This document shows, piece by piece, positions 35,944 through 45,994 of a stretch of DNA of 56,929 nucleotides (its first letter is position 1; each line of letters opens with the position of its first letter). Location of the stretch: positions 1 to 56,929 of the forward strand of contig CAYWKC010000002.1 of the NCBI GenBank assembly GCA_964459145.1. The letters run 5' to 3'. The translations under genes were made by a program, and so were the position numbers. The notes under the pieces were generated by a model. The model saw only the letters and a program-made list of their open reading frames with translations. It was not told where the DNA came from and searched no databases. This DNA comes from an uncultured Candidatus Saccharibacteria bacterium. Lineage in GTDB: Bacteria; Patescibacteriota; Minisyncoccia; Phycocordibacterales; UBA12079.

Positions 35944-36835
35944 TAAATTTAAACAATCGATACCCTAACCCATTGAACAACAAACTGATATAGTGCATCA
36001 AAGCTACAGGTCTAAAATAAGTTTTGAATGTCTTTAAAAACATTTTTCTTGCTTCTTTATACTGCCCATCGTTCCTATAAAATTTAGCTAACAACATCAA
36101 GTGCTTTGATAAAATTAGAGGTCTTTTTTCAAAATCTTCTCTATATTTATCCAAAAGCAGATGTCTTCCAACAATTCTTCTTTTGTAACTACTGCCCATT
36201 TGTTCATGATTGCTCTTCAAACACATTCTAATAAGTGGCTTATTGATAGCGACTCCTCGGTATTTTTTAGTAATCCGTATAATTAAATCAATATCAGTGT
36301 GACTGGGGAAATCTTCACTCAATAATCCTACCTCTTCAAAGACATCTCTTTTGATAACCAAAGTGCTTGAAAGAAACCCATTAAATTTTCTAAGCGCGAA
36401 TTCAAAATAATCATCTTCCCCCCCTGGAACTTGAGAATTAATTTCTCCTTTATCCCTAACCTCAGTAATGGCAGTAAAACAAAAGCCCGTATCAGAAGAA
36501 GCTTTTTCTAAAACTTCTATTTGTAATTCTAATTTTTCAGGCAACCAAACATCATCATCATCAAGAAAAGCAACATACTCACCTTGAGCAGATTTTATGC
36601 CAACATTTTTACCTCCGGAGCAACCTGTATTTTCAACTTGAGGCAAATATTTAATCCGGGCATCATTAAATTTTTTAACTATTGACTCAGCTGGTTTTTC
36701 TATCCCGTTATCCACAACAATAATTTCAAAATCTTGAAATGTTTGGTCCAAAACACTTTGGATAGCTAAAGGAACATAATCAGGACGATTAAAAGTAACT
36801 ATAACGACACTGACTTTAGGAATATTTTCTATCAT
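35927..36835 (-). CDS. Glycosyltransferase family 2
   Basis: VSVVIVTFNRPDY, IIVVDNG, VAFLDDDDVW. Confidence 0.85.
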   Translation of the reverse strand: MIENIPKVSVVIVTFNRPDYVPLAIQSVLDQTFQDFEIIVVDNGIEKPAESIVKKFNDARIKYLPQVENTGCSGGKNVGIKSAQGEYVAFLDDDDVWLPEKLELQIEVLEKASSDTGFCFTAITEVRDKGEINSQVPGGEDDYFEFALRKFNGFLSSTLVIKRDVFEEVGLLSEDFPSHTDIDLIIRITKKYRGVAINKPLIRMCLKSNHEQMGSSYKRRIVGRHLLLDKYREDFEKRPLILSKHLMLLAKFYRNDGQYKEARKMFLKTFKTYFRPVALMHYISLLFNGLGYRLFKFIKRLF

Positions 36836-37569
36836 TTTTTATAAATTCTAACTTTGTGTTGCTTGTGTAGAAACCAATTATTCCTTCTGGAATCTCCTCT
36901 CATATAAACAAAATTTAATTTGTTTTTCCAAGCTACATAATTAAAACTTAACTGGTCCCGACGACTGCCCTTTTGAATTTCTTGCCACCAATCCTCCATA
37001 GTTTGAACAACATCCTCTTTGTTGTGCTTTCTTAAAATTACCATTGTCACAGCCAACCCATTATGCTGAGGATATCCCCCTTGCTTGTATCTTTCAACTT
37101 GTTTCTCCATCAATTCAGGATTATCTTTATATTTTCCATCTTTTTCAATTTTTAAAAGATATTCCGCTTCATCATAAAGACAATCTCGACAATCTTCCTT
37201 ATCTTCAATCCAAAAAAGCTTTTTCCACCTTTTTGTATGTTGGTTATGACTAAAAACAGCCAAGTTAACATCGTTTAGATATTTTTTTATTAATTCATTT
37301 ATATCCCCTCTTAATAAAAGATTTCCATCTATCCAAACGCTTATTTCATATTCAGATAAATATTTATGAGGGAAAACTTTATACATTCTGGCATTTCTGA
37401 CAGGATCTTCAAATTTAGGTTTAACCTTTTTTACTTGCCAAACATTTGAGACAAAATCTTGGTCTGTAAAACAAACAAAATCACACCCTTCAGGAATAAA
37501 TTTGGGCTCAATTAGATTATCCTTTCCGCCAAAAATGGCTGTATAAATTACTGTTTTATTTTTACTCAT
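36832..37569 (-). CDS. DUF616/TOD1-like glycosyltransferase-domain protein
   Basis: VIYTAIFGGKDNL...CFTDQ...WIDGNL...RDQLSFNYV. Confidence 0.7.
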   Translation of the reverse strand: MSKNKTVIYTAIFGGKDNLIEPKFIPEGCDFVCFTDQDFVSNVWQVKKVKPKFEDPVRNARMYKVFPHKYLSEYEISVWIDGNLLLRGDINELIKKYLNDVNLAVFSHNQHTKRWKKLFWIEDKEDCRDCLYDEAEYLLKIEKDGKYKDNPELMEKQVERYKQGGYPQHNGLAVTMVILRKHNKEDVVQTMEDWWQEIQKGSRRDQLSFNYVAWKNKLNFVYMRGDSRRNNWFLHKQHKVRIYKK

Positions 37570-38195
37570 TTTTTATTGGCAATAATTACAATTGTTTCTA
37601 AAAACTTATTAGTAAACAAAGAGATAAATTTATAAATTAAATACAAAAATTTTCTCTTAAAACTCTGTTTATACTTAGACCAACTATCGTCTAAATATTT
37701 TTCTTCTACCACTTTCCAACCGTTTTTTTCTAAGAGTTTTTTTAACACAATAAAATTAAAGTAGGCGGTGTGATCATTGTTTACCTCTGGTTCTCTTTTA
37801 AACATTTTTTCGATAATATTAAACAAACCAAAACAATTAGGTGTTGTAATTATCAATTTACCGTCATCTTTTAAATTTCTCTTACAAGCATCCAAAAATA
37901 AACCTAAATTAGAAAGGTGTTCAATTAAATCACCAGCAAAAATTACATCAAATTTTTTATCAAAATCAAAATTTTCTGCTGACTGTTTCTTATAGTTTCT
38001 GATATTTTCTAATTGATTTTCATCAAAAGATAAATCCACTCCAAAAACTTCTTTGGCTTGAAATTTCAAAATATTATGCACCCAATCTGGATTATCAATA
38101 CCAATCGCTTGCCCCCAAAAACCCACATCTAAAACCACATCCTTCTCATCAACTAAATTTTGAATTAATTCTTTTTTTGATTGATACACTTTCAC
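37566..38195 (-). CDS. Class I SAM-dependent methyltransferase
   Basis: VLDVGFWGQ...VFGVD...FDVIFAGDLIEHL...GKLIITTPN. Confidence 0.7.
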   Translation of the reverse strand: MKVYQSKKELIQNLVDEKDVVLDVGFWGQAIGIDNPDWVHNILKFQAKEVFGVDLSFDENQLENIRNYKKQSAENFDFDKKFDVIFAGDLIEHLSNLGLFLDACKRNLKDDGKLIITTPNCFGLFNIIEKMFKREPEVNNDHTAYFNFIVLKKLLEKNGWKVVEEKYLDDSWSKYKQSFKRKFLYLIYKFISLFTNKFLETIVIIANKK

Positions 38196-39358
38196 AATAA
38201 TTTTTTATATTGTTTTAAAATCTCTTCAATTTCAAATTCCTTGGTTTTTCCTCTTATTTTTTGAGAATAATTATTTCTCAATTTTTCGTCTTTAACCAAA
38301 ACTAAGATAGCTTCCGCCATTTTTTCTCCATCCCTTTTAGCTACCAAAATACCATTTTCGGCATATTCTATCTTACCTTTTTCTAATTGTTTATTAAAGT
38401 CGGAGTTTGGGGCCAATAATTCCCGTGAACCTGAACCACAATCTGTGGCAATAATCGGCAAACCAAAAATTCCTGCTTCTATTAGAGAATTAGAGAAACC
38501 TTCCCATAGCGAAGAAGAGACAAAAACATCTGAATTTCTCATATAGAAATAAGAATATTCGTCATTGGGATACCCTAATAGAGAAACATCTTTCAAATTC
38601 AAATCTAGAATTAAATTCTTTAATTCTTTTTTCTGCCCACCTTCTCCCAAAATTATCAATTGAGCATCTATTTTATTTTTTACCAAACTGAAAGCTTTAA
38701 TTAAAGTTGTAAAATCTTTTTGTTTTTCTAATCTTCCTACTGCCAAAATAGTAAATTTTTCCGTTAAAAACTTTTGGCTTTTGACTTTACAAACTTTTGA
38801 CTTTTCTTTTATCTCTTGAATAAATTTGGGATTATAAATAACTTTGATTAGGTTTTTTGATAACTTACTTGTCTTTACCAAATCTTGAGCCACACTTTTA
38901 GAATTAGCAATAATTGTATTGGCCCTTGGGTAGAAAATTTTAATTAAAAAAGGAATTAATTTATCTCTCTTATTCTTATAATTCTTAAATAAATCAGAAA
39001 AAGTCATCCCCACACGAACTAAAATTTTAGTTTTTGTTCTTGAAATTATTTTAGCTAAAATTAAAATTAAATTAGCATGTTCTGAAGTGCCTAAAATAGC
39101 TACGGGTCTTTCTTTTCTGAAATATTTCATTATTGGAAAAATGGAAAATAAAATTCTTGAAACTTTTAGGTCAATAATATTTATTTTTGAGTCTACTCTG
39201 TCTTTCCAAGACCCTTCTCTACTAAATAATAGTAAATCAACCACAAAACCATCTTCCAGAAACCCTTTAGCTAAATCTAAGACAACCTTTTCCCCCCCAC
39301 CACCATAAAGACCAATGAGAAAAAATCCTATTCTTTTTCTGTTTATCTCTTTTTTCAT
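38192..39358 (-). CDS. Glycosyltransferase family 4
   Basis: GGGGEKVV N-terminal motif, then VGRLEKQKDF...SSLWEGFSNSLIEAGIFGLPIIATDCGSGSRE. Start moved to ATG 39358, giving an ATGA overlap with the upstream stop. Confidence 0.85.
   Translation of the reverse strand: MKKEINRKRIGFFLIGLYGGGGEKVVLDLAKGFLEDGFVVDLLLFSREGSWKDRVDSKINIIDLKVSRILFSIFPIMKYFRKERPVAILGTSEHANLILILAKIISRTKTKILVRVGMTFSDLFKNYKNKRDKLIPFLIKIFYPRANTIIANSKSVAQDLVKTSKLSKNLIKVIYNPKFIQEIKEKSKVCKVKSQKFLTEKFTILAVGRLEKQKDFTTLIKAFSLVKNKIDAQLIILGEGGQKKELKNLILDLNLKDVSLLGYPNDEYSYFYMRNSDVFVSSSLWEGFSNSLIEAGIFGLPIIATDCGSGSRELLAPNSDFNKQLEKGKIEYAENGILVAKRDGEKMAEAILVLVKDEKLRNNYSQKIRGKTKEFEIEEILKQYKKLL
38771..38806 (-). repeat. In-frame copy of the AAAGTC-type motif inside a GT4 gene
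   Basis: Minus strand reads GAAAAGTCAAAAGTTTGTAAAGTCAAAAGCCAAAAG and encodes EKSKVCKVKSQK, just before the VGRL start of the C-terminal domain. Confidence 0.55.
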
Positions 39359-40380
39359 ATTGATAAAGCTTTCAAATATTTTTCGATAACGATCATCGGT
39401 ACATTGTCTAAACATCTTAAAATATCACCCCGACAGCTTTCCAAATGTTCTCGCCCTTCATAAATGCCATGCTGACAGCCATCAATTGTATACAAAATAG
39501 TTGCTTTAGAATTGTAATAAGGAAGCCAATTAGGAGTCCCATTTATAGCGATAACCAAAGATTTTACCTGCAAGAAAGACGCCAAATGAGAAGTCCCTGT
39601 ATCAACCCCAATAAATAATTTGGAGTTATCCAACAAAGTGCACAATCTTGTTATGTCTGGATTAATCAAAATAATAGCTTTGTCTGCAAAAGTATTTAAA
39701 ATTTCTTTATCAGTTTTTCCCCCAGTCAAAATAATTTTAATTTTAGGGGGAAAGGTTTTGATAAAATCTATAATTTCAATAATTTCTTCTTGGTTGAAAC
39801 TTCTGCCTTGAGTTGCCGCCAAAGGATTAAAAATGATGTATGTGCCCTTTTCCAACCCTAATTCTGCCAAAACGTTTTCATCCTTATTATATTTTAACCT
39901 TGGAATTTCTTTTTTAACTTCAAAACCTAATTCTCTAATTACAATTTTTAAAAAATCTGGATAAATAATTTTGGTGTTATATTTCAACAATTTTGAATAA
40001 ATCAACTTATTGATTTTTTGACCGTCCTCAAAACCAATTAACCGACTTCCTCTAAAAAAAGCCATTTTTTTAGCTATTATTTTTATAGACAAAGAAAGTT
40101 TCCCCGGAGTGGGAGCAGTAATAATCAAGTTTTTAGAAAAAACAAATCTGAATAAACTTAAAATTCCTAATAGGCCTTTCGCACTTTTTCTATTAGCTAA
40201 AATTATTTTTAGATAGGAATATTCTTTGGCAATTTGAGAAAGAAACTTAAAATTCTTAGGAACTATTACATTCAGAACAATTGAATCATCATTTAAATGA
40301 ATATTTTCCAAAAAGAAAATCGTCATTAAAAAATCACCGATAGAACCATTTTGAAAATATATTAGGTTTTTATATTTCAT
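39355..40380 (-). CDS. Glycosyltransferase family 9 (heptosyltransferase-like)
   Basis: FIGVDTGTSHLASFLQV, and IIFNPLAATQGRSF. Confidence 0.7.
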   Translation of the reverse strand: MKYKNLIYFQNGSIGDFLMTIFFLENIHLNDDSIVLNVIVPKNFKFLSQIAKEYSYLKIILANRKSAKGLLGILSLFRFVFSKNLIITAPTPGKLSLSIKIIAKKMAFFRGSRLIGFEDGQKINKLIYSKLLKYNTKIIYPDFLKIVIRELGFEVKKEIPRLKYNKDENVLAELGLEKGTYIIFNPLAATQGRSFNQEEIIEIIDFIKTFPPKIKIILTGGKTDKEILNTFADKAIILINPDITRLCTLLDNSKLFIGVDTGTSHLASFLQVKSLVIAINGTPNWLPYYNSKATILYTIDGCQHGIYEGREHLESCRGDILRCLDNVPMIVIEKYLKALSI

Positions 40381-40482
40381 CCCGTTAAAAATAGTTTGTT
40401 TCTATACAAACACCTTTTGTTTAATTATTAATTTTTTACTATATATTTTCATTTAACTAATATACTTTATTTTAACAAATTT

Positions 40483-41523
40483 CTAACGGGATTTATTGAT
40501 AATTTTTATTAATTCTCCTGCTAAAATTTTTGGAGTAGCTATTTGGATAAACCGATTATAAGCATTCTCTGCTAATTTTTCTCTTAAAGCAGAATCATTT
40601 TTCAACTTAAGAATTGCCTTGGCTAAAACCTCAGGACTGGCAGTTGGAATTAAATGCAAATCATTTTCATTGAACAATTCCCTAATCGCTGGAGTATCAG
40701 CTGTAATTATTGGCTTTTGACAAGCCATATATTCATAAACTTTATTGGGGATAACTCTTTGTGTTTTATTGGTGTCACCAAAAATTCCCAAACAAATATC
40801 TGCTTGTGAAATATATTCTGCTAATTTTTCATAAGGAACATTTTCAATAAAATTAACATTACCAGAAAAACTTTTTTCATACCATCTTTTAACTCTTGAA
40901 CCAATCAAATTAAATTGAATATCTTTATACAACTTAAGTAATTTAGCTGATTCTAAAATATACTTTACCCCCTGTAAAGGAATAACATTTCCGTGATAGT
41001 GAACAATAAATTTACTCTTTCTTCTTTTGTCTTCAACTTTAATTGGTCTCAAAACACTGTCATCTGCTCCAACAGAAATCCTTACAAATTTTCCTTCATT
41101 TAGACCAAATTCTTCAACAAAATATTTAATATGTTCGTTGGTATCCAATAAAACTTTATCAGCTAATTTACAAGCTAACCAGTCCATTAACCAAAAATAT
41201 TTTGCCTTTAAGCTTCTTTTTTTGGTGTTTTTCCTATCAAAGACAGTTGAATCATAGACAGACACAAAAGCATCAAAAATTATCGGTTTTCGTGTTAAAA
41301 ATTTAGCTAAGACAACAGCATGCCAACCAGGAAAAGCCACCAATAAAACATCATATTGTTTACGAATTTTCCAGTGTTTTTTAATTAAATCAAAGTATTT
41401 AATTATTCCCCTTAGTTCTGTCCGACATTCAATAATTTCAACACCATTCAAAATTAAACCTTGAATAAGTATTTTATTCCGAGAATAATTAGGATTGTAA
41501 CCACCAAAGAAACAAATTCTCAT
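40483..41523 (-). CDS. GT-B glycosyltransferase (GT4-like), paralogue of 42571-43626
   Basis: MRICFFGGYNPNYSRNKILIQGL...LLDTNEHIKYFVEEF...RVIPNKVYEYMACQKPIITADTPAIRELF. Confidence 0.75.
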   Translation of the reverse strand: MRICFFGGYNPNYSRNKILIQGLILNGVEIIECRTELRGIIKYFDLIKKHWKIRKQYDVLLVAFPGWHAVVLAKFLTRKPIIFDAFVSVYDSTVFDRKNTKKRSLKAKYFWLMDWLACKLADKVLLDTNEHIKYFVEEFGLNEGKFVRISVGADDSVLRPIKVEDKRRKSKFIVHYHGNVIPLQGVKYILESAKLLKLYKDIQFNLIGSRVKRWYEKSFSGNVNFIENVPYEKLAEYISQADICLGIFGDTNKTQRVIPNKVYEYMACQKPIITADTPAIRELFNENDLHLIPTASPEVLAKAILKLKNDSALREKLAENAYNRFIQIATPKILAGELIKIINKSR

Positions 41524-41528
41524 AGATA

Positions 41529-42563
41529 TTACATTAATTTATTTTTCCAAGTTTTAGGAAGTTTGGAATGATCTAAATCAAAATCTTGTATGTATTTAAA
41601 GTCCTGTGGTCCTATAGTTTTTACCCATTCTATCATTTTTAAAATTCCCTCCTTTAAATTGGTTTTATTTTTAAAATTCAAAAGGTCCTCGGCCACTTTG
41701 TGACTACTGAAAGCATATTTAACCTCTTGGGGCCTGTCCTCCATATGAACTGGATTAAATTCCTTGGGAATGTCATCAGAGCTAAAAAAACTTTTTAAAA
41801 CAACATCAGATAATTCATTTAAAGTAACTGGTTCATCACCACCAATATTTATTATTCTCCCTTCGCATTTTTCAGAAAAAGCACTTTTAATCATAGCTGG
41901 TGTTACATCATCAATATATGAAAAAGCTCTTTTTTGTTCGCCATCCCCATAAATAAAAAAATGTTTGCCGTTTAATAATCGGTTCATAAAAATACCGATT
42001 ACATTACGATAGGGATCTATAAGATTTTGTTTCGGACCATAGACATTATGAGGGCGAATAATTACATATTTGAAGCCATAGACTTCTGACATAACTTTTG
42101 TAGAAGTTTCCATTCCACTTTTTGCCATAGCATAAATATCTTCTGGATGAGGTGTCATACTTTCTAAAAAAGGTGTTTGCTGTGCTCCGTAAACACTCAT
42201 TGAACTGGTTAATATCATTTTTTTAAGTCCGTTTTTAATAGCGGGAATCAATAAATTCAAATAAGCCACTAAATTGTTATCCAAAGCACTAAAGGGAGTG
42301 AACTGGCTTCTCCCTTCCGTAGCATCTGCAGCTAAATGAAAAATAATATCTGGTTTTAAAATATTTATGTAATCTGCTACTTTCTGTCTATCTTTTAAAT
42401 CTAATTGGGTAAACCTTTCTTTATTAGAAACATTCTTTAAAAAACCCCCAGATAAATTATCTACTCCATAAACATTGTGTCCCTCATCTAATAATTGATC
42501 AAAAAGATGACACCCCATAAAACCAGCTGAACCAGTTATTAAAATCTTATCTTTTTTTTGCAT
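41529..42563 (-). CDS. NAD-dependent sugar-nucleotide epimerase/dehydratase (extended SDR)
   Basis: ILITGSAGFMGCHL (GxxGxxG), YAMAKSGME (YxxxK), RPHNVYGP. Confidence 0.85.
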   Translation of the reverse strand: MQKKDKILITGSAGFMGCHLFDQLLDEGHNVYGVDNLSGGFLKNVSNKERFTQLDLKDRQKVADYINILKPDIIFHLAADATEGRSQFTPFSALDNNLVAYLNLLIPAIKNGLKKMILTSSMSVYGAQQTPFLESMTPHPEDIYAMAKSGMETSTKVMSEVYGFKYVIIRPHNVYGPKQNLIDPYRNVIGIFMNRLLNGKHFFIYGDGEQKRAFSYIDDVTPAMIKSAFSEKCEGRIINIGGDEPVTLNELSDVVLKSFFSSDDIPKEFNPVHMEDRPQEVKYAFSSHKVAEDLLNFKNKTNLKEGILKMIEWVKTIGPQDFKYIQDFDLDHSKLPKTWKNKLM

Positions 42564-42570
42564 AATAAAA

Positions 42571-43626
42571 TCAAGCTAAACTCTGAATAATATCCTTTAA
42601 CTTAGCACCTAAAATAGTAGGGGTTAAATTCTGAACAACCTTATTGTAACCATTTTGGGCCAATTTTTCCAGCTTATCAGGGTTATTTTTTAGGAACAAA
42701 ATTGCTTCTGCTAAAGCATTAGGACTTGCTGAAGAAATCAGATATAAATCATTTTCATCAAATAATTCTCTGATAGCAGAAGTATCAGCTGTTATAATTA
42801 CCCTCCTTCTTGCAACACACTCAAAAACCTTGTTGGGGATAACTCTTTTTGTTTTAATTGTATCTCCAAAAATTCCTAGGCAGATATCCGCATTATCAAT
42901 AAAATCTGGTATTTTAAAATAACCAACTTTTCCGAGAAATTCAACATTATTTGTGTTAGAAAAAGAATAGCGATTATCCTCAACTATATTCGGACCAACA
43001 AAAACAAATTTTATATCCAAATGTTTTTTTAACAAAAAAGTCGTTTTAAGAATATATTCAATTCCTTGCAAAGGGATATTCGTTCCATGAAAATGAACAA
43101 CAAACTGATTGTTTTTTGTTTTTTTAGAATTTGGTCTTAAGAAAAAATTATCCACTCCTATAAAAATTCTTCTAAACTTTTCTTTTTTTATTTTAAATTC
43201 TTCAACAAAATATTTTATATGCTCGTTGGTATCCAGCAAGACAACATCTGCTAATTTAGCTGATGTTTTGTCAAGCCACCAATAATATTTAGCTTTAAAA
43301 CTTCCTTGTTTAGTATTTTGTCTATCTAAAACCTCTGATTCGTAGAGTGGAGCAAAACAATCAAAAATTATTTTTTTGTGAGTTAAAAATCTCGCCAATA
43401 TCATTGCTTGAAATCCTGGAAAAGCCACAAATAGTACATCATAATCTTTGCGAATTTTCCAATGTTTTCTTGTGAGATCAAAATATTTTAAAATTCCTTT
43501 TTTATCTGAATGACATTTTATCACTTCTACACCATTTTGTTTTAAACCAGAAATAAGTACTTTATTCCTTGAATATTCTGGGTCATAAATCCCAAAAAAA
43601 CAAATTGTTAAATTTTCTTTAATCAT
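42571..43626 (-). CDS. GT-B glycosyltransferase (GT4-like), paralogue of 40483-41523
   Basis: LTICFFGIYDPEYSRNKVLISGL...LLDTNEHIKYFVEEF...RVIPNKVFECVARRRVIITADTSAIRELF. Confidence 0.75.
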   Translation of the reverse strand: MIKENLTICFFGIYDPEYSRNKVLISGLKQNGVEVIKCHSDKKGILKYFDLTRKHWKIRKDYDVLFVAFPGFQAMILARFLTHKKIIFDCFAPLYESEVLDRQNTKQGSFKAKYYWWLDKTSAKLADVVLLDTNEHIKYFVEEFKIKKEKFRRIFIGVDNFFLRPNSKKTKNNQFVVHFHGTNIPLQGIEYILKTTFLLKKHLDIKFVFVGPNIVEDNRYSFSNTNNVEFLGKVGYFKIPDFIDNADICLGIFGDTIKTKRVIPNKVFECVARRRVIITADTSAIRELFDENDLYLISSASPNALAEAILFLKNNPDKLEKLAQNGYNKVVQNLTPTILGAKLKDIIQSLA

Positions 43627-44357
43627 ATTTTTCCTTTAATAAATTGCAAACCAGAAATTTTACCTAAAAATTGACACCAAGTAGTGCTTTTATCTATTGA
43701 TAAACGAGGTAATTCAAAAATCTGGCCTTTACTGTTTACACACTCTTCTTTAACTGTAAAAGCCAACCTATAACCGGAATCCTTCACTTTATTTGTTACT
43801 TGTTCATTAAAAATGCCCTTGGGATAAGAAAAGTAGTTACAATTGATTTTTAATTCATTTTCTAGAATTTGTTTACTTTCTTTAATTTCTCTAGCCAATT
43901 CTTCCCCAGAAATTTTAGTTAAGTCAGGATGACTCATAGTGTGACAGCCAAACTCTACCAATCCAGAAGCCTGCATTTCTTTTATTTCGCTCCAACTTAA
44001 ATACCCTTTCTTTCCAACCAAATCAATCACCAAAAAAATAATAATGGGAAAATTGTGTTGTTTAATTAAAGGAAATACCACAGAAAAATTGTCTGAATAA
44101 CCGTCATCAAAAGTTAAGATGATTGTTTTATAAGTAAAACCTGTTTGCTCCTTAAGAAACTCTTCTAACTTTCCAAGACTGACAACATTAAAATTTTTCT
44201 TCTTTAAAAAAGCTAACTGTTTTTCAAAGTTTTGAGGAGAAACCGACAAAAACCGCCCATCATTAGAAATTGAGTGATACATCAAAACACCTACTTTTTT
44301 CGATTTGAAAACTAAGGAAAGCAAATATTTTTTAAAACTAATAATATCTTTAGACAT
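43623..44357 (-). CDS. Polysaccharide deacetylase (NodB/CE4 domain)
   Basis: ILTFDDGYSDNF, HTMSHPDL, FSYPKG. Start taken at ATG 44357; 44372 is also possible. Confidence 0.85.
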   Translation of the reverse strand: MSKDIISFKKYLLSLVFKSKKVGVLMYHSISNDGRFLSVSPQNFEKQLAFLKKKNFNVVSLGKLEEFLKEQTGFTYKTIILTFDDGYSDNFSVVFPLIKQHNFPIIIFLVIDLVGKKGYLSWSEIKEMQASGLVEFGCHTMSHPDLTKISGEELAREIKESKQILENELKINCNYFSYPKGIFNEQVTNKVKDSGYRLAFTVKEECVNSKGQIFELPRLSIDKSTTWCQFLGKISGLQFIKGKI

Positions 44358-45411
44358 GATAAGAATTAACAATATTTTTAATTAGATTTTCTAAACTGTG
44401 CCGTTTAACTATTTCTGATCTAAGTTCTATTTGAGGTCTACTTTCTTTAGAAATTTCTATTATCTTCTCGGCTAACTCATGAGCATTATCATTTTTAAGA
44501 ATAAACCTTGCTGGCAGTGTGTTTTCAAAAGTTTTGTTCAAAACAACAACCGGAATGCCACAAGCCATGGATTCTAAAACGACCTTATCCATCCCCCCGG
44601 TTGGGCAAAGATTAATACTTAAACCAGCTTCTTGATATTTTTTTATAATATCTCTATTAGGAACACTCCCGACAAAATTGACGAGAGATGGAATATTTTT
44701 ATCTTCGACAATCTTTTTTAACTTATCTCGATACTTTATATCTTTTTCTGATGTTACCGGACCAACTAAATCAACCTTAAGATTTTCATAGCTATATTGT
44801 CGTACCAACAAGTCCACAGCTTCTATTAGAAGTTGTTGATTTTTTATAGGAGAAATCCGACCAACACACAAAATCTTTAAGAAACCATTATTTGCCAATG
44901 GTTGGACAAGATTATATTGATTAGTATCAATTCCATGACCAACAACCTTTACTTTTTTGTTTTTCAAACCAAAACTTTCAGGTGAAGCTGTAAAGATAAT
45001 ATCCGCCAATTTACTTGCTAAGTATAACTTAAAATTAATTGCCTTGTGTGTATACCACAATCCGATTTTCTTATGCCAGAGACGCCACAAAATACCTCCT
45101 AACACCAAATATTCTGGATTCATATGGACAAACACAGTATCGTAGCTCTTTCTCTCTTGCCAGATGTATTTATAAAAATTAAAAATATATTTTAATTTAC
45201 TTTCAACTTTATGGACTTTTGACTTTTGACTAATATTTTCCTTTCCCAAGGAAAATATTTCCACATTCCTTGGTAAATCACATTCCCCTACTCCTAAAGC
45301 AACCACTGTGACTTTTTCACAGTGTTTAGCGAATTCAGCAATCCACCCATGGGAAAAACCAAGAACATCATCATTTTTATCTACCTTTTGGGTTAATATC
45401 AATATTTTCAT
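44350..45411 (-). CDS. Glycosyltransferase family 4
   Basis: VGRISPIKNQ...GGMDKVVLESMACGIPVV. Confidence 0.8.
   Translation of the reverse strand: MKILILTQKVDKNDDVLGFSHGWIAEFAKHCEKVTVVALGVGECDLPRNVEIFSLGKENISQKSKVHKVESKLKYIFNFYKYIWQERKSYDTVFVHMNPEYLVLGGILWRLWHKKIGLWYTHKAINFKLYLASKLADIIFTASPESFGLKNKKVKVVGHGIDTNQYNLVQPLANNGFLKILCVGRISPIKNQQLLIEAVDLLVRQYSYENLKVDLVGPVTSEKDIKYRDKLKKIVEDKNIPSLVNFVGSVPNRDIIKKYQEAGLSINLCPTGGMDKVVLESMACGIPVVVLNKTFENTLPARFILKNDNAHELAEKIIEISKESRPQIELRSEIVKRHSLENLIKNIVNSYHV
45196..45234 (-). repeat. In-frame copy of the AAAGTC-type motif inside a GT4 gene
   Basis: Minus strand reads ATTAGTCAAAAGTCAAAAGTCCATAAAGTTGAAAGTAAA and encodes ISQKSKVHKVESK. Contains the 12-mer ACTTTATGGACT (plus strand, 45206-45217). 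Confidence 0.6.
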
Positions 45412-45457
45412 ACTTGACTTTTTTTATGGATAATATATTATATTAGTAATCACCAAC

Positions 45458-45494
45458 GGAAAAGACCACCCTACAAGGTACCGTCCTTGTGGGG
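45458..45494 (-). terminator. Terminator-like hairpin spanning the NYN gene stop
   Basis: Minus strand: CCCCACAAGG-ACGGTA-CCTTGTAGGG (9 of 10 bp), then TGGTCTTTTCC. Locally GC-rich in an AT-rich context. Confidence 0.5.
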
Positions 45495-45992
45495 CCTTTT
45501 CTTTTTATATGAAAGCTTCTTATCCAAATTATTCATAAATCTTAAATAAGGTCGAACTATTTTGAACCTCAATAGAGCAGAGAATTTAAAATAATTTGGA
45601 ATCAAAACCACCTCTAATTTGTTCTTCTCTAATAAATATTTTATTAAACAATAAAAATCTCCATCACCACTTACAATAACAGCTTTGTTAAAATTTTCAT
45701 ATTCAATCATTGTCTGTAAAACTAATTCTGCATCAACATTTCCTTTTGTGGTTCCATCTTTATATTCAAGAGTAGGCTTAAAAATACAAATAAAACCGGC
45801 ATCTTGTAAAAACTTATATAAATCATTATTTCCTTCAACATAACCAACAAAAATGAAAGCTTTTTTTACTTGATATTTTTCTTTTAAATATATTTTAAAT
45901 CTAGCAAAATCTAATTTCCAACCCAGAGCTTGAATACTTAAATTCAAATTCTGACTATCTATAAAAGTATAATTGTTTTCCCCTTTTTTCAT
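45471..45992 (-). CDS. NYN-domain (LabA/DUF88-like, PIN-like RNase fold) protein
   Basis: NYTFIDSQNL...KAFIFVGY...GNVDAELVLQ...AVIVSGDGDFYCL. Confidence 0.8.
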   Translation of the reverse strand: MKKGENNYTFIDSQNLNLSIQALGWKLDFARFKIYLKEKYQVKKAFIFVGYVEGNNDLYKFLQDAGFICIFKPTLEYKDGTTKGNVDAELVLQTMIEYENFNKAVIVSGDGDFYCLIKYLLEKNKLEVVLIPNYFKFSALLRFKIVRPYLRFMNNLDKKLSYKKKRPHKDGTL

Positions 45993-45994
45993 AT

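Noticed and set aside
39355-40380. Treating the GT9 heptosyltransferase-like gene as evidence for LPS core synthesis
   Set aside because: No Kdo, lipid A or ADP-heptose genes are in the window. GT9-fold enzymes also act on other acceptors, so the LPS inference is unsupported.
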